From the NCBI GenBank assembly GCA_017478805.1, contig JAFVCY010000061.1, positions 1 through 44,361 of the forward strand: a DNA stretch of 44,361 nt, in the 5' to 3' direction. Below are positions 17,561-28,151 of the stretch, piece after piece. The DNA is from Clostridia bacterium. Lineage in GTDB: Bacteria; Bacillota; Clostridia; TANB77; CAG-465. Position 1 is the stretch's first letter. The number at the start of each line of letters is the position of its first letter. Made by a program: the position numbers and the translations under genes. Under the pieces are notes generated by a model. It had not been told where the DNA came from, did not search any database, and saw only the letters and a program-made list of their open reading frames with translations.

Positions 17561-19541
17561 TTAATACCCCATATCCCTAAATTTATATACTTTATCGCAT
17601 ATGTATCTACTTAATTTTTTCATAAACTCTTCTGGCATAATCTCACCTTGTGCTACCATATTTAGTCCTTTTTCCCAGCTTGCTGTAAGCGTTGGATTTA
17701 AAAGGTCTGGCATAGAGCTTCTTACAATATCATATATACGTTCTCCTTTTTCAGTTGGAGTAAGTATCTGCGTTTTTTGATTTGCCTGTATATACCCTAT
17801 TTTTTTTAGTTTTTCTATTATTCCTGCTCTTGTTGCAGCTGTTCCTATTCCGCATGATTTTATTTCTTCTCTTAATCTTTCATCTTCTATAAGCTTACCT
17901 GCATTTTCCATAGCAAGTATCATAAGTCCTGAATTATATCTACTTGGTGGAGACGTCTCTGCTGTCTTTATAATTATGTCATCTAAAGCTATTTTTTCAC
18001 CTTTTTTTAGTCCTTTTAAAGCATCTAAGCTATTTTCAGTTTCTTTTTCCTCTTCTTCTTTTTTCTTTGTTTTTTCTTCTATTTCATCTACTTCTTCTGC
18101 TTTTACATTTTTTTCCTTCTTTAATCTATCCTTCTCCTTATTTACAATTTCAAGGTAGCCTAAGTCTGTACATAGTTTACCAGATGTTGTAAATATTTCG
18201 TTTTCAACATTTATAGTTACTTTCATTTTGTCATATGTTGCAGGATTAAAAAATATACTTAAAAACCTTATGCATATCATTACATATACATTCTTTTCAA
18301 GTGCAGATAGTTTCTCAAAGTTTTCAAATCCTTGTCCTGTTGGAATAATTGCATAGTGGTCCGTTATTTTTTTATCATTTACATATTTTGATTTCAGTAT
18401 ATTTGTGCTATATTTTTCTTTTATCATTTTATCTATTGCAAAAGAAACCACTTCATCTTTTTTCCATTTAGCGAGTCCATTTAAGTTTTTGCTTATCTCT
18501 TTTGCTGCAGCTGTTGATAGTACTCTTGCATCTGTTCTTGGGTAGGTTGTAAGTTTTTTTTCATACAAACTTTGAGCTATTTGAAGTGTATCATCAGGAC
18601 TTATTTTATACCTCTTTGTACACTCATTTTGAAGCTCTGCTAAATTGAAAAGAAGTGGTGCATTTTCTTTTTCCTTTTTCTTTTGAATATCTGAAATTAC
18701 TGCTTTTTCTTTGTTTTCTAATATGTAATCTTTTGCCTCTTTGGCATATTCTTCTTTTTTAAATCCTGTTTCGTTATATAACTTTGGCGATTCGAAATAT
18801 TTTGAGCCTTCCTCTACTTTGTAGTCTGCAAGCATTCCTCCAAAGTTTCCTTGAATTTTAAAATAATTTACCTTTTTAAAGTTCTTTATTTCTCTTTCTC
18901 TTGAAACTACCATTCCAAGTACACATGTCATTACTCTACCTATTGAAATTACTGCTTTTTCTTCACCTATTTTACTAGCTAAAGCCTTTCCATATACAAC
19001 TGATAATAGTCTTGAAAAGTTTATTCCTATTAAATAATCCTCTTTTGCTCTTAAATACGCACTTGAAGCCAAAGCATCATATGAAGATAAAGGCTTTGCA
19101 TCCCTTATGCCATTTAAGATAGCCTCTTCTGTTTGAGAGTCTATCCAAATTCTTCTTTTATCTTCACATTTTACTTCAGCCATACTGTCTACTAATCTAT
19201 ATATATATTCTCCTTCTCTTCCGGAGTCGGTACTTACATATATTGTTTCTACATCTTCTCTGTTTAATAGTTTTGATACTATATCATACTGACTTTTTAC
19301 ATTTTCAATTACTTCATATTTATATTCTTTAGGTATAAAAGGAAGAGAATACAGGTTCCAGTACTTCAATTTTTCATTATATTTTTCAGGGTAGCTCATA
19401 GTTACTAGATGACCGCACGCACCAAGTTATTATATAATTTTCTGATTCTAGGTAACCATTATATGATTTTGCATTTTCTTTTAATACTTTTACAAATTCT
19501 TTGGCTACACTTGGCTTTTCAGCTATTATTACTTTTTTTAT
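17561..19541 (-). CDS. topB: DNA topoisomerase III, frame interrupted at an in-frame CGG (ORFs 17561..19399 + 19386..19601)
   Basis: KKVIIAEKPSVAKEF (Toprim), ITWCV|GHLVTMSYPEK across CGG 19415-19413, TTYPRTDARVL active-site region, GIGTAATRAGIIEKL. The probable start is ATA 19541 after RBS GGGAGAG, because ATG 19601 lies inside the promoter. Confidence 0.85.
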
Positions 19542-19572
19542 AACTATCACTCTCCCTTTTCGAATATCTATT

Positions 19573-19601
19573 ATTATACTACAGCCATCTATTTTTTTCA
19601 A
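19573..19601 (-). promoter_or_regulatory. Sigma-A promoter of the topB-mfd-prsA-like-trmH-like operon
   Basis: Minus strand TTGAAA (19601-19596), 17-nt spacer, TATAAT (19578-19573). Confidence 0.65.
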
Positions 19602-19736
19602 GAAAGAAAAATAAACATACTCATCTACTTACAAAAATACAACTTTTTTTAATATTATTTAATGATTACGAATACATATAATTTTATATTTTTTTGACCT
19701 TTTTAATTATATAAGCAATATGGTCATATCTTAATA

Positions 19737-20216
19737 TTATTCTTTCACATTTTCTTCTTTATTTTTTGATAAACCTTTATACAATTTCATTATAGCTATA
19801 ATTACTACTACACCACAAATTATACCAGTTAAGTCTACAAATACATCTGCCATTTTTCCACTTCTGCCTACGATAAAACACTGGTGAATTTCATCAAAAA
19901 CAGCATATAACACATTTATTAATATACTAAGTATAACTTTAAATTTTCCTTCTAATTTAGTCGTAATAAATGTTAAATAAAGTAGCAGGCCGCATAAGAA
20001 ATATAGTGAAAAATGTGCTAGTTTTCTGATTATTACCTCAAATATAGATTCCGTTTTCATGTTACTTACAATTCCTAGTGCATATAGTATTTTTCTAACT
20101 AGCCCTCCACTTAAATTAGAAGAATCTTCTCCGTTTTGAGAAGAAAAGTAAAATATTAATGCATATATGCTTATCAAAAGTATAATAAAAACTATTCTTA
20201 AAATTTTCTTGTTCAT
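19737..20216 (-). CDS. VanZ-like family membrane protein
   Basis: 4-5 TM helices, RKLAHFSLYF.. and DEIHQCFIVGRSGKMADVFVD.. VanZ signature. Confidence 0.8.
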   Translation of the reverse strand: MNKKILRIVFIILLISIYALIFYFSSQNGEDSSNLSGGLVRKILYALGIVSNMKTESIFEVIIRKLAHFSLYFLCGLLLYLTFITTKLEGKFKVILSILINVLYAVFDEIHQCFIVGRSGKMADVFVDLTGIICGVVVIIAIMKLYKGLSKNKEENVKE

Positions 20217-20239
20217 ACAATCCCCATAACTATACCAAT

Positions 20240-20770
20240 TTATATATTTTCCTCTTTTTTAGCTTTTTTGTATCCTATACAATACATTAATTGATATGTT
20301 GAATAAAAAGCAATAGCAGCCATAGCTCCAGCAGTATCTATTACAACATCTAAAATTTGTCCTGTTCTTCCAGGCACAAATGTCTGATGGTATTCATCTC
20401 CTGTTGCAAAACAAACTGCAAGTGAAAGTGCTAAAATAACAGATAAATAATATCTTTTATGTTCAAATAATATATTTAATATAATCATCATGAAAAATGC
20501 TAGTACAAAATATACAGTTGCATGCACTACCTTTCTAAGTGGTGCATTAAGAAGGGTAGATACTTTGTCTAGTTTACTTTCAGTAGGGTGAGAATTTGTT
20601 ATTCCATATTCATTTGTTACATCTAAAGTATCTTCAATTAATGCACCTATAATCCCAGTACTTTTTCCATTAGAACTATTTGAACTTAAATTTGACATTT
20701 TATATATAAATATCATCCAAATTATAGCAATAAATGCCATAATACTTATTAATATAATCTTCTTTTTCAT
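20240..20770 (-). CDS. VanZ-like family membrane protein (tandem paralog)
   Basis: Start moved to ATG 20770 (RBS GGGAGG). RKVVHATVYF.. and DEYHQTFVPGRTGQILDVVID. Confidence 0.8.
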   Translation of the reverse strand: MKKKIILISIMAFIAIIWMIFIYKMSNLSSNSSNGKSTGIIGALIEDTLDVTNEYGITNSHPTESKLDKVSTLLNAPLRKVVHATVYFVLAFFMMIILNILFEHKRYYLSVILALSLAVCFATGDEYHQTFVPGRTGQILDVVIDTAGAMAAIAFYSTYQLMYCIGYKKAKKEENI

Positions 20771-21109
20771 ATATCCTCCCACTTTAATGTTAAACTATAT
20801 ATTTTTAAGTGTAGGTAACCTACTAAGTATAAATATTGTTATATGTGTCATTATAATTTACATTATAAACACTATACATAATACATACTAATTGTTTTAT
20901 ATTCTCTAATTATTTTTAATTAATCAATAAGAAATATCTAAATATTCATTTTTAATATAAACAATAGTGTTATATTCTTTACACTTTCAGTATGTCCACT
21001 AACATTCATCTTTCACATAACAAGCATTTTTCAAAATTTTCATCATATGTCTTTTTATAAATGCTTGTACTATATTTATCTAAATCTCTATTAACATTTT
21101 CTATATTAC

Positions 21110-21123
21110 AAAAAAAAAAAAAA
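21110..21123. repeat. A14 (T14 on the minus strand) homopolymer
   Basis: Read directly. It lies inside a short RBS-preceded minus-strand ORF starting at 21157. Confidence 0.9.
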
Positions 21124-21228
21124 TTCCACCAATCTCAAAATTAACATTCTTAATCATTTTAATTACCTTCTAAATATCTTTTATACATTTCATCCATTGA
21201 GGAAATATATTCTTTATCTTGCTTAATT

Positions 21229-21525
21229 CTAAATAATTCTAAATTTCTCATATTCATTTTCTGTTTTTTCAACTGCTTGTTTATGAGATATTTTTCCTGA
21301 ATCAGTCAATATTTTCTTTTCTCTAAATTTTAATAATATATCAGTTGTATCAATCCAATCTAGCATAGTCATCACTTTTTCTTCTTCTGCCATATCTTCA
21401 GCATAGTCCAAAAATAAATTAGTTAAATTGTTTAGTTTTTTTAGTTCACTTTCATTTAAATAATTTTTAGCAATACCTACATCATATTTATAAATAAGAC
21501 CATCAGGTGAGTTTTTCCAGCTTGT
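21229..21525 (-). pseudogene. C-terminal remnant of a RhuM-family (virulence-associated) gene
   Basis: Open frame TSWKNSPDGLIYKYDVGIAKNYLNESELKKLNNL..MLDWIDTTDILLKFREKKILTDSGKISHKQAVEKTENEYEKF matches the RhuM C-terminal pattern (from memory). There is no N-terminal two-thirds; the in-frame TAG is at 21528-21526. Confidence 0.6.
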
Positions 21526-21557
21526 CTATTCACAATTACACGATTAAAACTAAACAT

Positions 21558-22406
21558 TTATATTTCTAATTCCATGCCATCATAAGCAATATGATATCCA
21601 TTTTTCATTGCTCTTTCTTCTAAGATTTCATGATATTCACAACCATCATGTGAAATATGAGTTCCATAAATCAATGTATTATCATCTATACAGCCAATAT
21701 TTCTTAATTTTTTTATTTGTTCAATAAATAAAGATTCATTTAAATGTGAATATGAATACTCAACATTTCCAAAAGTATGGTCCATAATTATTAAATCAAG
21801 TTTAATACCTCTTAATTCTTCAAATGCAGTTTCAGTTAAAGCAGGGGTATCTGTCGCATAAAATATATTTTTTCCTTTACTAGACACTACATATAGTAAT
21901 GAACCATGTTTTATATCATGATTTGTTTCTATAGCTTTTACTTCATATATTCCAAATTTTACTTTTTCACCTGCATTTATAATATTACTATGTATATTTA
22001 ATTTTTTAGAACCTTCATCTGATATTAAATCGGCATTTTCAAATCCTTTAACTCTATCACTCATTATTTGAAGACAAGATTTATGGGCATATATTTCAAG
22101 TGTATCATGACCTATCATATTCATATATGGAATTCTTGTACATAACAAACCAGGATCATAATGATCTGTGTGGATATGAGTTTGTAATAAATATTTAATT
22201 TTACTCATGTCCTTATCATACATTGTCATCGCAGTTTGACTGTCTGGACCTAAATCTATTATTAAATCATCATTTATAAGTATAGAAGCTCTTTTTCTTA
22301 TACTTTTTCCTTTATGAATTCTAGCTGAATTACAATTATCACAACGACAAAATGCAAGTGGATAACCTATAGCTCCTGTACCAAGCATTGTTATTTTCAT
22401 ATTCAT
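21558..22406 (-). CDS. MBL-fold metallo-hydrolase, PhnP-like
   Basis: ITMLGTGAIGYP..CRCDNCNSAR (Cys cluster as in PhnP), THIHTDHY (HxHxDH), later H and D ligands. Confidence 0.8.
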   Translation of the reverse strand: MNMKITMLGTGAIGYPLAFCRCDNCNSARIHKGKSIRKRASILINDDLIIDLGPDSQTAMTMYDKDMSKIKYLLQTHIHTDHYDPGLLCTRIPYMNMIGHDTLEIYAHKSCLQIMSDRVKGFENADLISDEGSKKLNIHSNIINAGEKVKFGIYEVKAIETNHDIKHGSLLYVVSSKGKNIFYATDTPALTETAFEELRGIKLDLIIMDHTFGNVEYSYSHLNESLFIEQIKKLRNIGCIDDNTLIYGTHISHDGCEYHEILEERAMKNGYHIAYDGMELEI

Positions 22407-22429
22407 TCACCTTTCACATATTTTTTAAA

Positions 22430-23449
22430 TTACTTTATAATTTTCCAATGGCTATTTTTATTGGTTCCTATTCTTTTTATTATATTTTTTTCTTTTAAAC
22501 TTGCTATAATTCTATCAACAGAACTTTTAGATAATTTTGTTTTGTAAATTAGTTCTTTTTTGGTAATATTTTCATTTTCTAAAGCTTTTAATAATATTTT
22601 TTTTACTTCTTCTATATATTTGTTATTATCTATATACATTTCAATTAATTTATACAAATCAACATCATGACTTGATAAATGTCTACTTTCTAATTCTTCA
22701 CCTATATACTCAAGTATTTTAAAAACTATATCATTTTCTTTATCTATATTTTTATATAATATTTGTTTAATAATATCTATAGAGGTATTAGATATATCTT
22801 CTGTAACTCCTAAATGATCATCACTTTCTATTTCAGGTATAGCTTCTAAAATAACTGTTATTAACTGTTATTAACTCAAATGCACTAAAATAATCATTAT
22901 GATCTACCATATTTTGTGCTTCATCTATAATTTATTGCATATCAGAGTTAAAATCTATAGAATTTTCATATTCTATATATCCATCATCATTTTCAAACTT
23001 ACTTATAATGCTATATACTTTACTATAGTATTCTGATTTATTTAACTTAGGAAAATATTTGCTAAATTCTACCCTAAATTTATCATATATTTCAGAATCA
23101 TTAATTAGTATCTTAACTACACCTTTTTTTAACTCTTCTATATCTATTTTATTTATAACATCGGCTAAACTATTACGCTCCAAATCTGCTATATTTTCGT
23201 TATAATAATATAGCAGACTTGCTATGTGCTCACATTTTTTAGTTTTGTTATAACTAGAACAGTTACAAGTGCTATCAAAAAATAATCCATTATCCACTTT
23301 AATATTTACATGATATTTATAGTTTCCATACACATCTGCTGAAACGCAATTTTGATAAATATTTATTCCATTAACACATTTTTTACTATAGTACTCATAT
23401 CCTTTTTTAACATCTCCGCATCATATTCATTTTCAAAATCTATTTTCAT
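22430..23449 (-). pseudogene. SWIM zinc-finger / C-terminal wHTH gene with at least three lesions
   Basis: ATG 23449 (RBS AAAGGGGAAAGG). Lesions: frameshift at the A6 run (T6 at 23403-23408), where one extra A gives ..EMLKKGYEYYSKKCVNG..; SWIM motif CNC..CEH; in-frame TAA at 22934-22932; a 10-bp tandem duplication at 22853-22872 shifts the frame. Removing the duplication joins to ORF 22430..22657 (wHTH). Confidence 0.7.
22853..22872 (-). repeat. 10-bp tandem duplication AACTGTTATT x2 (plus partial third AACT)
   Basis: 22853-22862 equals 22863-22872, followed by AACT at 22873-22876. Confidence 0.9.
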
Positions 23450-23641
23450 TATACCTTTCCCCTTTGCACATATATATTTTTAAAGTAATATACACATTAT
23501 AACAATAAATCAATTACAATATTTATTTACTCTTTCATTTTCATGAACTACAAATATATTTTATCAATACCAAATTTCATTAATATATCGTTTATTTCTT
23601 TTTTCAAATAATCTATCCATATTCAATTTACACAATTTAAT

Positions 23642-24673
23642 TTAAACAATGTACTTTTTTAGTATAGGAACCTTATTAAGTATAAATGATATTAAAAGTG
23701 ACGTTCCAAAAACTATAGTACATACTACTGGCACAGAAAAAATTGGATTAAAATTAGATACATTGAACATGAAAATCTTTCCAAATTTTTCAATTATTAA
23801 TACATGAACTAAATAAATTCCAAAAGTACACTTAGAAATATTTTGAATAGCCTTATTTTCTACAAAATTATACTTAAAGAATACGAATATAGCAATTGCT
23901 TCTAGTAAAACATTTACTGTACAATTATCATAGTATTTTTGTATCCAAACTGAATAAATATTACTAGAAAATATCGTAAGACCAATTGTAAGCAATAAAC
24001 CTATAATTCCTAAAAAATATATAATTCTTCTAGCTTTTTTTGATAGCTCAATTTTACTTAAATAATACCCAAGTACAAAGTATCCAGTATATCCAAATTT
24101 TAGTCCCATATTATTTATCCAATTAGTTTTAAATAAATCAACTATCTTACTTACTTCCGCACTTTGCATATCAGACATCAAATTTAAAATTTGTGGCACA
24201 ATAAAAGTTATAATAAGTGTTAGTAATAAAAAATACTTCATTATTTTCTCATCGCTTACTACTTTCTTTAAAACAGGAACTAACATATATAGTCCTATAA
24301 TAAGTGGAAGAAACCACATATGGTAATGTCCACTTATCATTTTCACTATAATAGTTTTTATATCTAAATTTTCTTCAAATAGCACTGCATATATAATTGC
24401 CCAAACCAAGAATGCTGTAACAATTCTAAAAATATTCTTTGTATATAATTTTTTGATATTACTTTCTTTTGATAAGAACAAAGCTCCACTAATCATTACA
24501 AATACTGGCACAGTCCATCTAGACATACTATTATAAATGTTTAACACGTTCCAATTAAATGTATTAATGTCATATTTTAATAAATTATTTGCAGATACGT
24601 GTAGTACAATAACAAAAAATATAGCTACTATCCTCATTATATCAATATACTCGATTCTAACTTTATCTTTCAT
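23642..24673 (-). CDS. Acyltransferase family 3 (membrane O-acyltransferase)
   Basis: About 10 TM helices. N-terminal IEYIDIMRIVAIFFVIVLH signature of Acyl_transf_3. Confidence 0.8.
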   Translation of the reverse strand: MKDKVRIEYIDIMRIVAIFFVIVLHVSANNLLKYDINTFNWNVLNIYNSMSRWTVPVFVMISGALFLSKESNIKKLYTKNIFRIVTAFLVWAIIYAVLFEENLDIKTIIVKMISGHYHMWFLPLIIGLYMLVPVLKKVVSDEKIMKYFLLLTLIITFIVPQILNLMSDMQSAEVSKIVDLFKTNWINNMGLKFGYTGYFVLGYYLSKIELSKKARRIIYFLGIIGLLLTIGLTIFSSNIYSVWIQKYYDNCTVNVLLEAIAIFVFFKYNFVENKAIQNISKCTFGIYLVHVLIIEKFGKIFMFNVSNFNPIFSVPVVCTIVFGTSLLISFILNKVPILKKYIV

Positions 24674-24689
24674 TTTCTCTCCTAATTAC

Positions 24690-25781
24690 TTATATATATT
24701 TCTTTATAACAGGTATCTTTTTGAGAATTGCTATAACAATCACACCTATAATAAATTCTGCTACCACCCAAGCAATTGAAGCAGGTATTCTATGAATATA
24801 TTTCCATAAAGCAAAATACACTACTACTGACTCTTGTCTAAATATTTTTTCAAATAAATATAGCCCAAAAGTTGTAGAACCAACAAATGCTATGATATTT
24901 GTAAGTCTTTCACTCATCTTCCTATCCATTACAAGCATCTTTATCCCATAGAATAACGTAATAGTTGGTATAAAGCTCAAATTATTAAAGAAAGTTTGAC
25001 TTGTATCTTCTTCCCAAGTATTCAATAAATTACACTTATAATTTGTCATTAAACAAGATATAATTATTGATATACAACTTGCAATTATCATGATTATTAA
25101 TTTTTTTCTATTAAAATATTTTCTATCAAGTTTGTTATCTATGAAGTATCCTATCATTGGATAAAATAAATAACTAGTTGTTATGAAGAAATAAAAGTTT
25201 CCATTATGCGCAGCCTTTCCTTGAAATATAAGGAAATCTATAATAGGTAAAATATTAATAATTGCAAATAATATTATCATATATAAATATTCTTTTTGCG
25301 ACATTTCTTTAACAAATTTTCTAATTATTGGTAGCATTAATAAATATGCTAAATATGTATATAAATACCAGTAAGACTCAACTACTTGTCCTGTATAAAT
25401 TTTATTTATAAAGTGCATTATAGAAAAACTTCCTGATGTATCAACTCTAAAATGCAAATATACATACAATATAATTGAGGATATTAGTATTACAATAAAA
25501 TATTTAATAAATCGTTTTTTAATAACTTTTTTTAAACTTTCCTCTTTACCTAAAAGAAGTGCTCCTGAACACATAAAGAAAATAGGAACTGCAACTTTAC
25601 ACATAATACTTATTGCCATATCTAGAAAGTAGAAATTTGAGTCTCTTGCATCTAAAAAGTGAGAAAAACCTACTCTACCCGTATGATTATAGAAAACAAA
25701 TAAAATAGCAATAATTTTTAATATATCAATATATATTTTTCTATTTTCAAGTTTTACTTTGACATTATTTTTATCTTTCAT
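24690..25781 (-). CDS. Acyltransferase family 3 (membrane O-acyltransferase)
   Basis: Polytopic. IYIDILKIIAILFVFYNH signature. Confidence 0.8.
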   Translation of the reverse strand: MKDKNNVKVKLENRKIYIDILKIIAILFVFYNHTGRVGFSHFLDARDSNFYFLDMAISIMCKVAVPIFFMCSGALLLGKEESLKKVIKKRFIKYFIVILISSIILYVYLHFRVDTSGSFSIMHFINKIYTGQVVESYWYLYTYLAYLLMLPIIRKFVKEMSQKEYLYMIILFAIINILPIIDFLIFQGKAAHNGNFYFFITTSYLFYPMIGYFIDNKLDRKYFNRKKLIIMIIASCISIIISCLMTNYKCNLLNTWEEDTSQTFFNNLSFIPTITLFYGIKMLVMDRKMSERLTNIIAFVGSTTFGLYLFEKIFRQESVVVYFALWKYIHRIPASIAWVVAEFIIGVIVIAILKKIPVIKKYI

Positions 25782-25796
25782 TTTCTCTCCAATTTT

Positions 25797-26966
25797 CTAA
25801 TCTCTACTAAATAAATCTCTAGTATATACTTTTTCTTTTACATCCTCAAGTATACTTTCGACTCTGTTGGCAATTATAAGTGATGATTTTTCTTTAAATG
25901 CATTTAAGTCTTTTACTACTTCAAATCCATCATAACTTTCATCTTTTAACGCTGGTTCATAAATTATAACTTTAACATTATTTGCACGTAAATTTCTTAT
26001 TATATCTTGAATAGCACTTGATCTAAAATTATCTGAACCAGCTTTCATTGTTAATCTATAAATACCAACAATTTCTGGACTTCTTTTTATTATTTCATCC
26101 GTTATAAAATCCTTACGTGTCTTGTTTGCAGTAACTATTGCTTCTATCAAATTCTGTGGAACATCTCTATAATTTGCAAGAAGCTGCTTTGTATCTTTTG
26201 GAAGACAATATCCACCATAGCCAAAAGATGGATTATTATAATCTTTTCCAATTCTAGGGTCTAAACAAACACCATCAATTATATCTTTAGTATTTAGTCC
26301 TTTTGTAATTGAATATGTATCAAGTTCATTAAAATATGCAACACGAAGTGCTAGGTAAGTATTAGCAAATAACTTTACGGCTTCTGCCTCTGTAGTATTC
26401 ATATAAAGTACATCTACGTTTTCTTTTTCTGCACTATCAATTAGTAATTTAGCAAAAGCTTGTCCTTTTTCTGATTTATCTCCTACAATTATCCTAGACG
26501 GATAAAGATTATCATATAAAGCTTTTCCTTCTCTTAAAAACTCAGGTGAAAAGAAAATATTATCTATTACATATTTTTCTTTTACACTTTCAACATATCC
26601 AACAGGAATTGTTGATTTCACAACCATTGTAATATTTTTATTCTTCATTGAAATTACTTTTTCAATTATATCTTCAACGCTTGATGTATCAAAGAAATTC
26701 TTTTCAGGGTCATAATTTGTTGGTGTACTTATTATAACAAAATCTGCTCCTTCAAAAGCATCTTTGTAATCTAAAGTAGCCCTTAAATTAAGCTTTTTCT
26801 CTTTAAAGTATTTTTCGATATATTCATCTCTTATTGGAGATATTCTACTGTTAATCATATCAACTTTTTCTTTTACTATATCTAAAGCTACTACCTCATT
26901 TTTTACACTTAAAAGTGTAGCTAGTGATAATCCTACATACCCAGTTCCTGCTATTGCTATTTTCAT
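25797..26966 (-). CDS. ugd: UDP-glucose 6-dehydrogenase
   Basis: Start moved to ATG 26966 (RBS AAAGGA). [12 protein letters not shown] Rossmann motif and [11 protein letters not shown] catalytic Cys motif. Confidence 0.85.
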   Translation of the reverse strand: MKIAIAGTGYVGLSLATLLSVKNEVVALDIVKEKVDMINSRISPIRDEYIEKYFKEKKLNLRATLDYKDAFEGADFVIISTPTNYDPEKNFFDTSSVEDIIEKVISMKNKNITMVVKSTIPVGYVESVKEKYVIDNIFFSPEFLREGKALYDNLYPSRIIVGDKSEKGQAFAKLLIDSAEKENVDVLYMNTTEAEAVKLFANTYLALRVAYFNELDTYSITKGLNTKDIIDGVCLDPRIGKDYNNPSFGYGGYCLPKDTKQLLANYRDVPQNLIEAIVTANKTRKDFITDEIIKRSPEIVGIYRLTMKAGSDNFRSSAIQDIIRNLRANNVKVIIYEPALKDESYDGFEVVKDLNAFKEKSSLIIANRVESILEDVKEKVYTRDLFSRD

Positions 26967-26996
26967 AACACTCATCCTTTCTACATAACACGTTAT

Positions 26997-28142
26997 TTAA
27001 AACTCCTTGAGTTTTTGTTCTAATCCCTTAATTAATGCTTCACTATGCGCTTCACACCTAATAGAATTTAACAAATTAAGATACGTACTTTCTTTATATT
27101 TCCTTTTAGGAAACCTTTTAAAGATTCTCCAATAAAGCCCCTCTAATTTACTGTGATAAGAGATACTTTCCAAATAATTATCAATTAAAGAAGCACAAAA
27201 CTTATCATAACTTGACTCTACAAAGCCATCATCTTTTAGACTATTAGACCTTTCTTCAAAATTTTTTAGTATACTATCATCAGTAGACATTTTAAAAGTA
27301 TTTTCAAATCTTTCAATTGGAATATAACTCATACTATATTCCTCTTTATTTGCATTTATTTCAACTAATAATCCTGTATTCCAATATTCATTATCATTAT
27401 TTACATCATTAAATATAAAATTACCTTGTCCAAAAAGTATAGTACCACCGCTGTATTTCTCTTCACATCCTATAGAGTGACTATGCTGACATAGCACAAT
27501 ATCAGCTCCAAAATCTATAAAAGTTTCACATCTTTTCTTTAATTTAGGTGATGGGTATCTATACTTTTCTTTTCCGCCATGATAAATAACGATAAGATAG
27601 TCACAGTTACTTTTTGACTCTTGTAATTCACGATATGTTTTAAATTCATTATATGGATTTGCACCTTTACAATTAATTGTAGCTACGCTAAACTCGTTTT
27701 CACATAAATTATATATTCCAATCGTTACTCCATCTTTTTCTATATAAAATGTATCTGATTTTTGGTTAATATCCTCAATAATACCAATATACTTAATATT
27801 ATTTTGTGAAAGTAAATGCTCTACAGTTTCTAATCCTTCTTGCAAATAATCTAAAATATGATTATTTGCTAAACAAACTAAATCAGGTTTTAAACTTTTT
27901 ATTCCATTTATGCATTTTTCACTTGCAATAAGATTTGGGCCAGCTTTAACTTGCTTAATATAATTATTATTACCTAAAGGACATTCTAGATTAAATACTC
28001 TGTAATCTGCTTTATTCCACAACTCTTTAAATTTTAAATCCAATTTATTAATGAAGTCCTCACTTTCAAAAAGCTCTCTATTATTTTCTGTTGGAACAAC
28101 ATCTCCACCTATTATGATTTTCAATAAAATCATTCCTTTCAA
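26997..28142 (-). CDS. CapA-family (poly-gamma-glutamate synthesis / metallophosphatase-like) protein
   Basis: IIGGDVVP, CLANNHILDY, VIYHGGKE, LCQHSHSIG motifs in CapA order. The start codon is uncertain. Confidence 0.7.
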   Translation of the reverse strand: MKGMILLKIIIGGDVVPTENNRELFESEDFINKLDLKFKELWNKADYRVFNLECPLGNNNYIKQVKAGPNLIASEKCINGIKSLKPDLVCLANNHILDYLQEGLETVEHLLSQNNIKYIGIIEDINQKSDTFYIEKDGVTIGIYNLCENEFSVATINCKGANPYNEFKTYRELQESKSNCDYLIVIYHGGKEKYRYPSPKLKKRCETFIDFGADIVLCQHSHSIGCEEKYSGGTILFGQGNFIFNDVNNDNEYWNTGLLVEINANKEEYSMSYIPIERFENTFKMSTDDSILKNFEERSNSLKDDGFVESSYDKFCASLIDNYLESISYHSKLEGLYWRIFKRFPKRKYKESTYLNLLNSIRCEAHSEALIKGLEQKLKEF

Positions 28143-28151
28143 TACTACATT

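Noticed and set aside
14244-17580. Plus-strand ORFs antisense to mfd: 14244..14816, 14761..15024, 14862..15071, 14927..15214, 15120..15446, 16122..16412, 16425..16751, 17380..17580.
   Set aside because: They are low-complexity Leu/Phe/Ser-rich translations without RBSs, lying entirely within a well-supported gene. These are shadow ORFs typical of AT-rich coding DNA.
19542-19601. 5' extension MKKIDGCSIIIDIRKGRVIV of the topB N-terminal ORF.
   Set aside because: It overlaps a TTGAAA-17-TATAAT promoter and the RBS of the real start. It has no homology to TopB N-termini.
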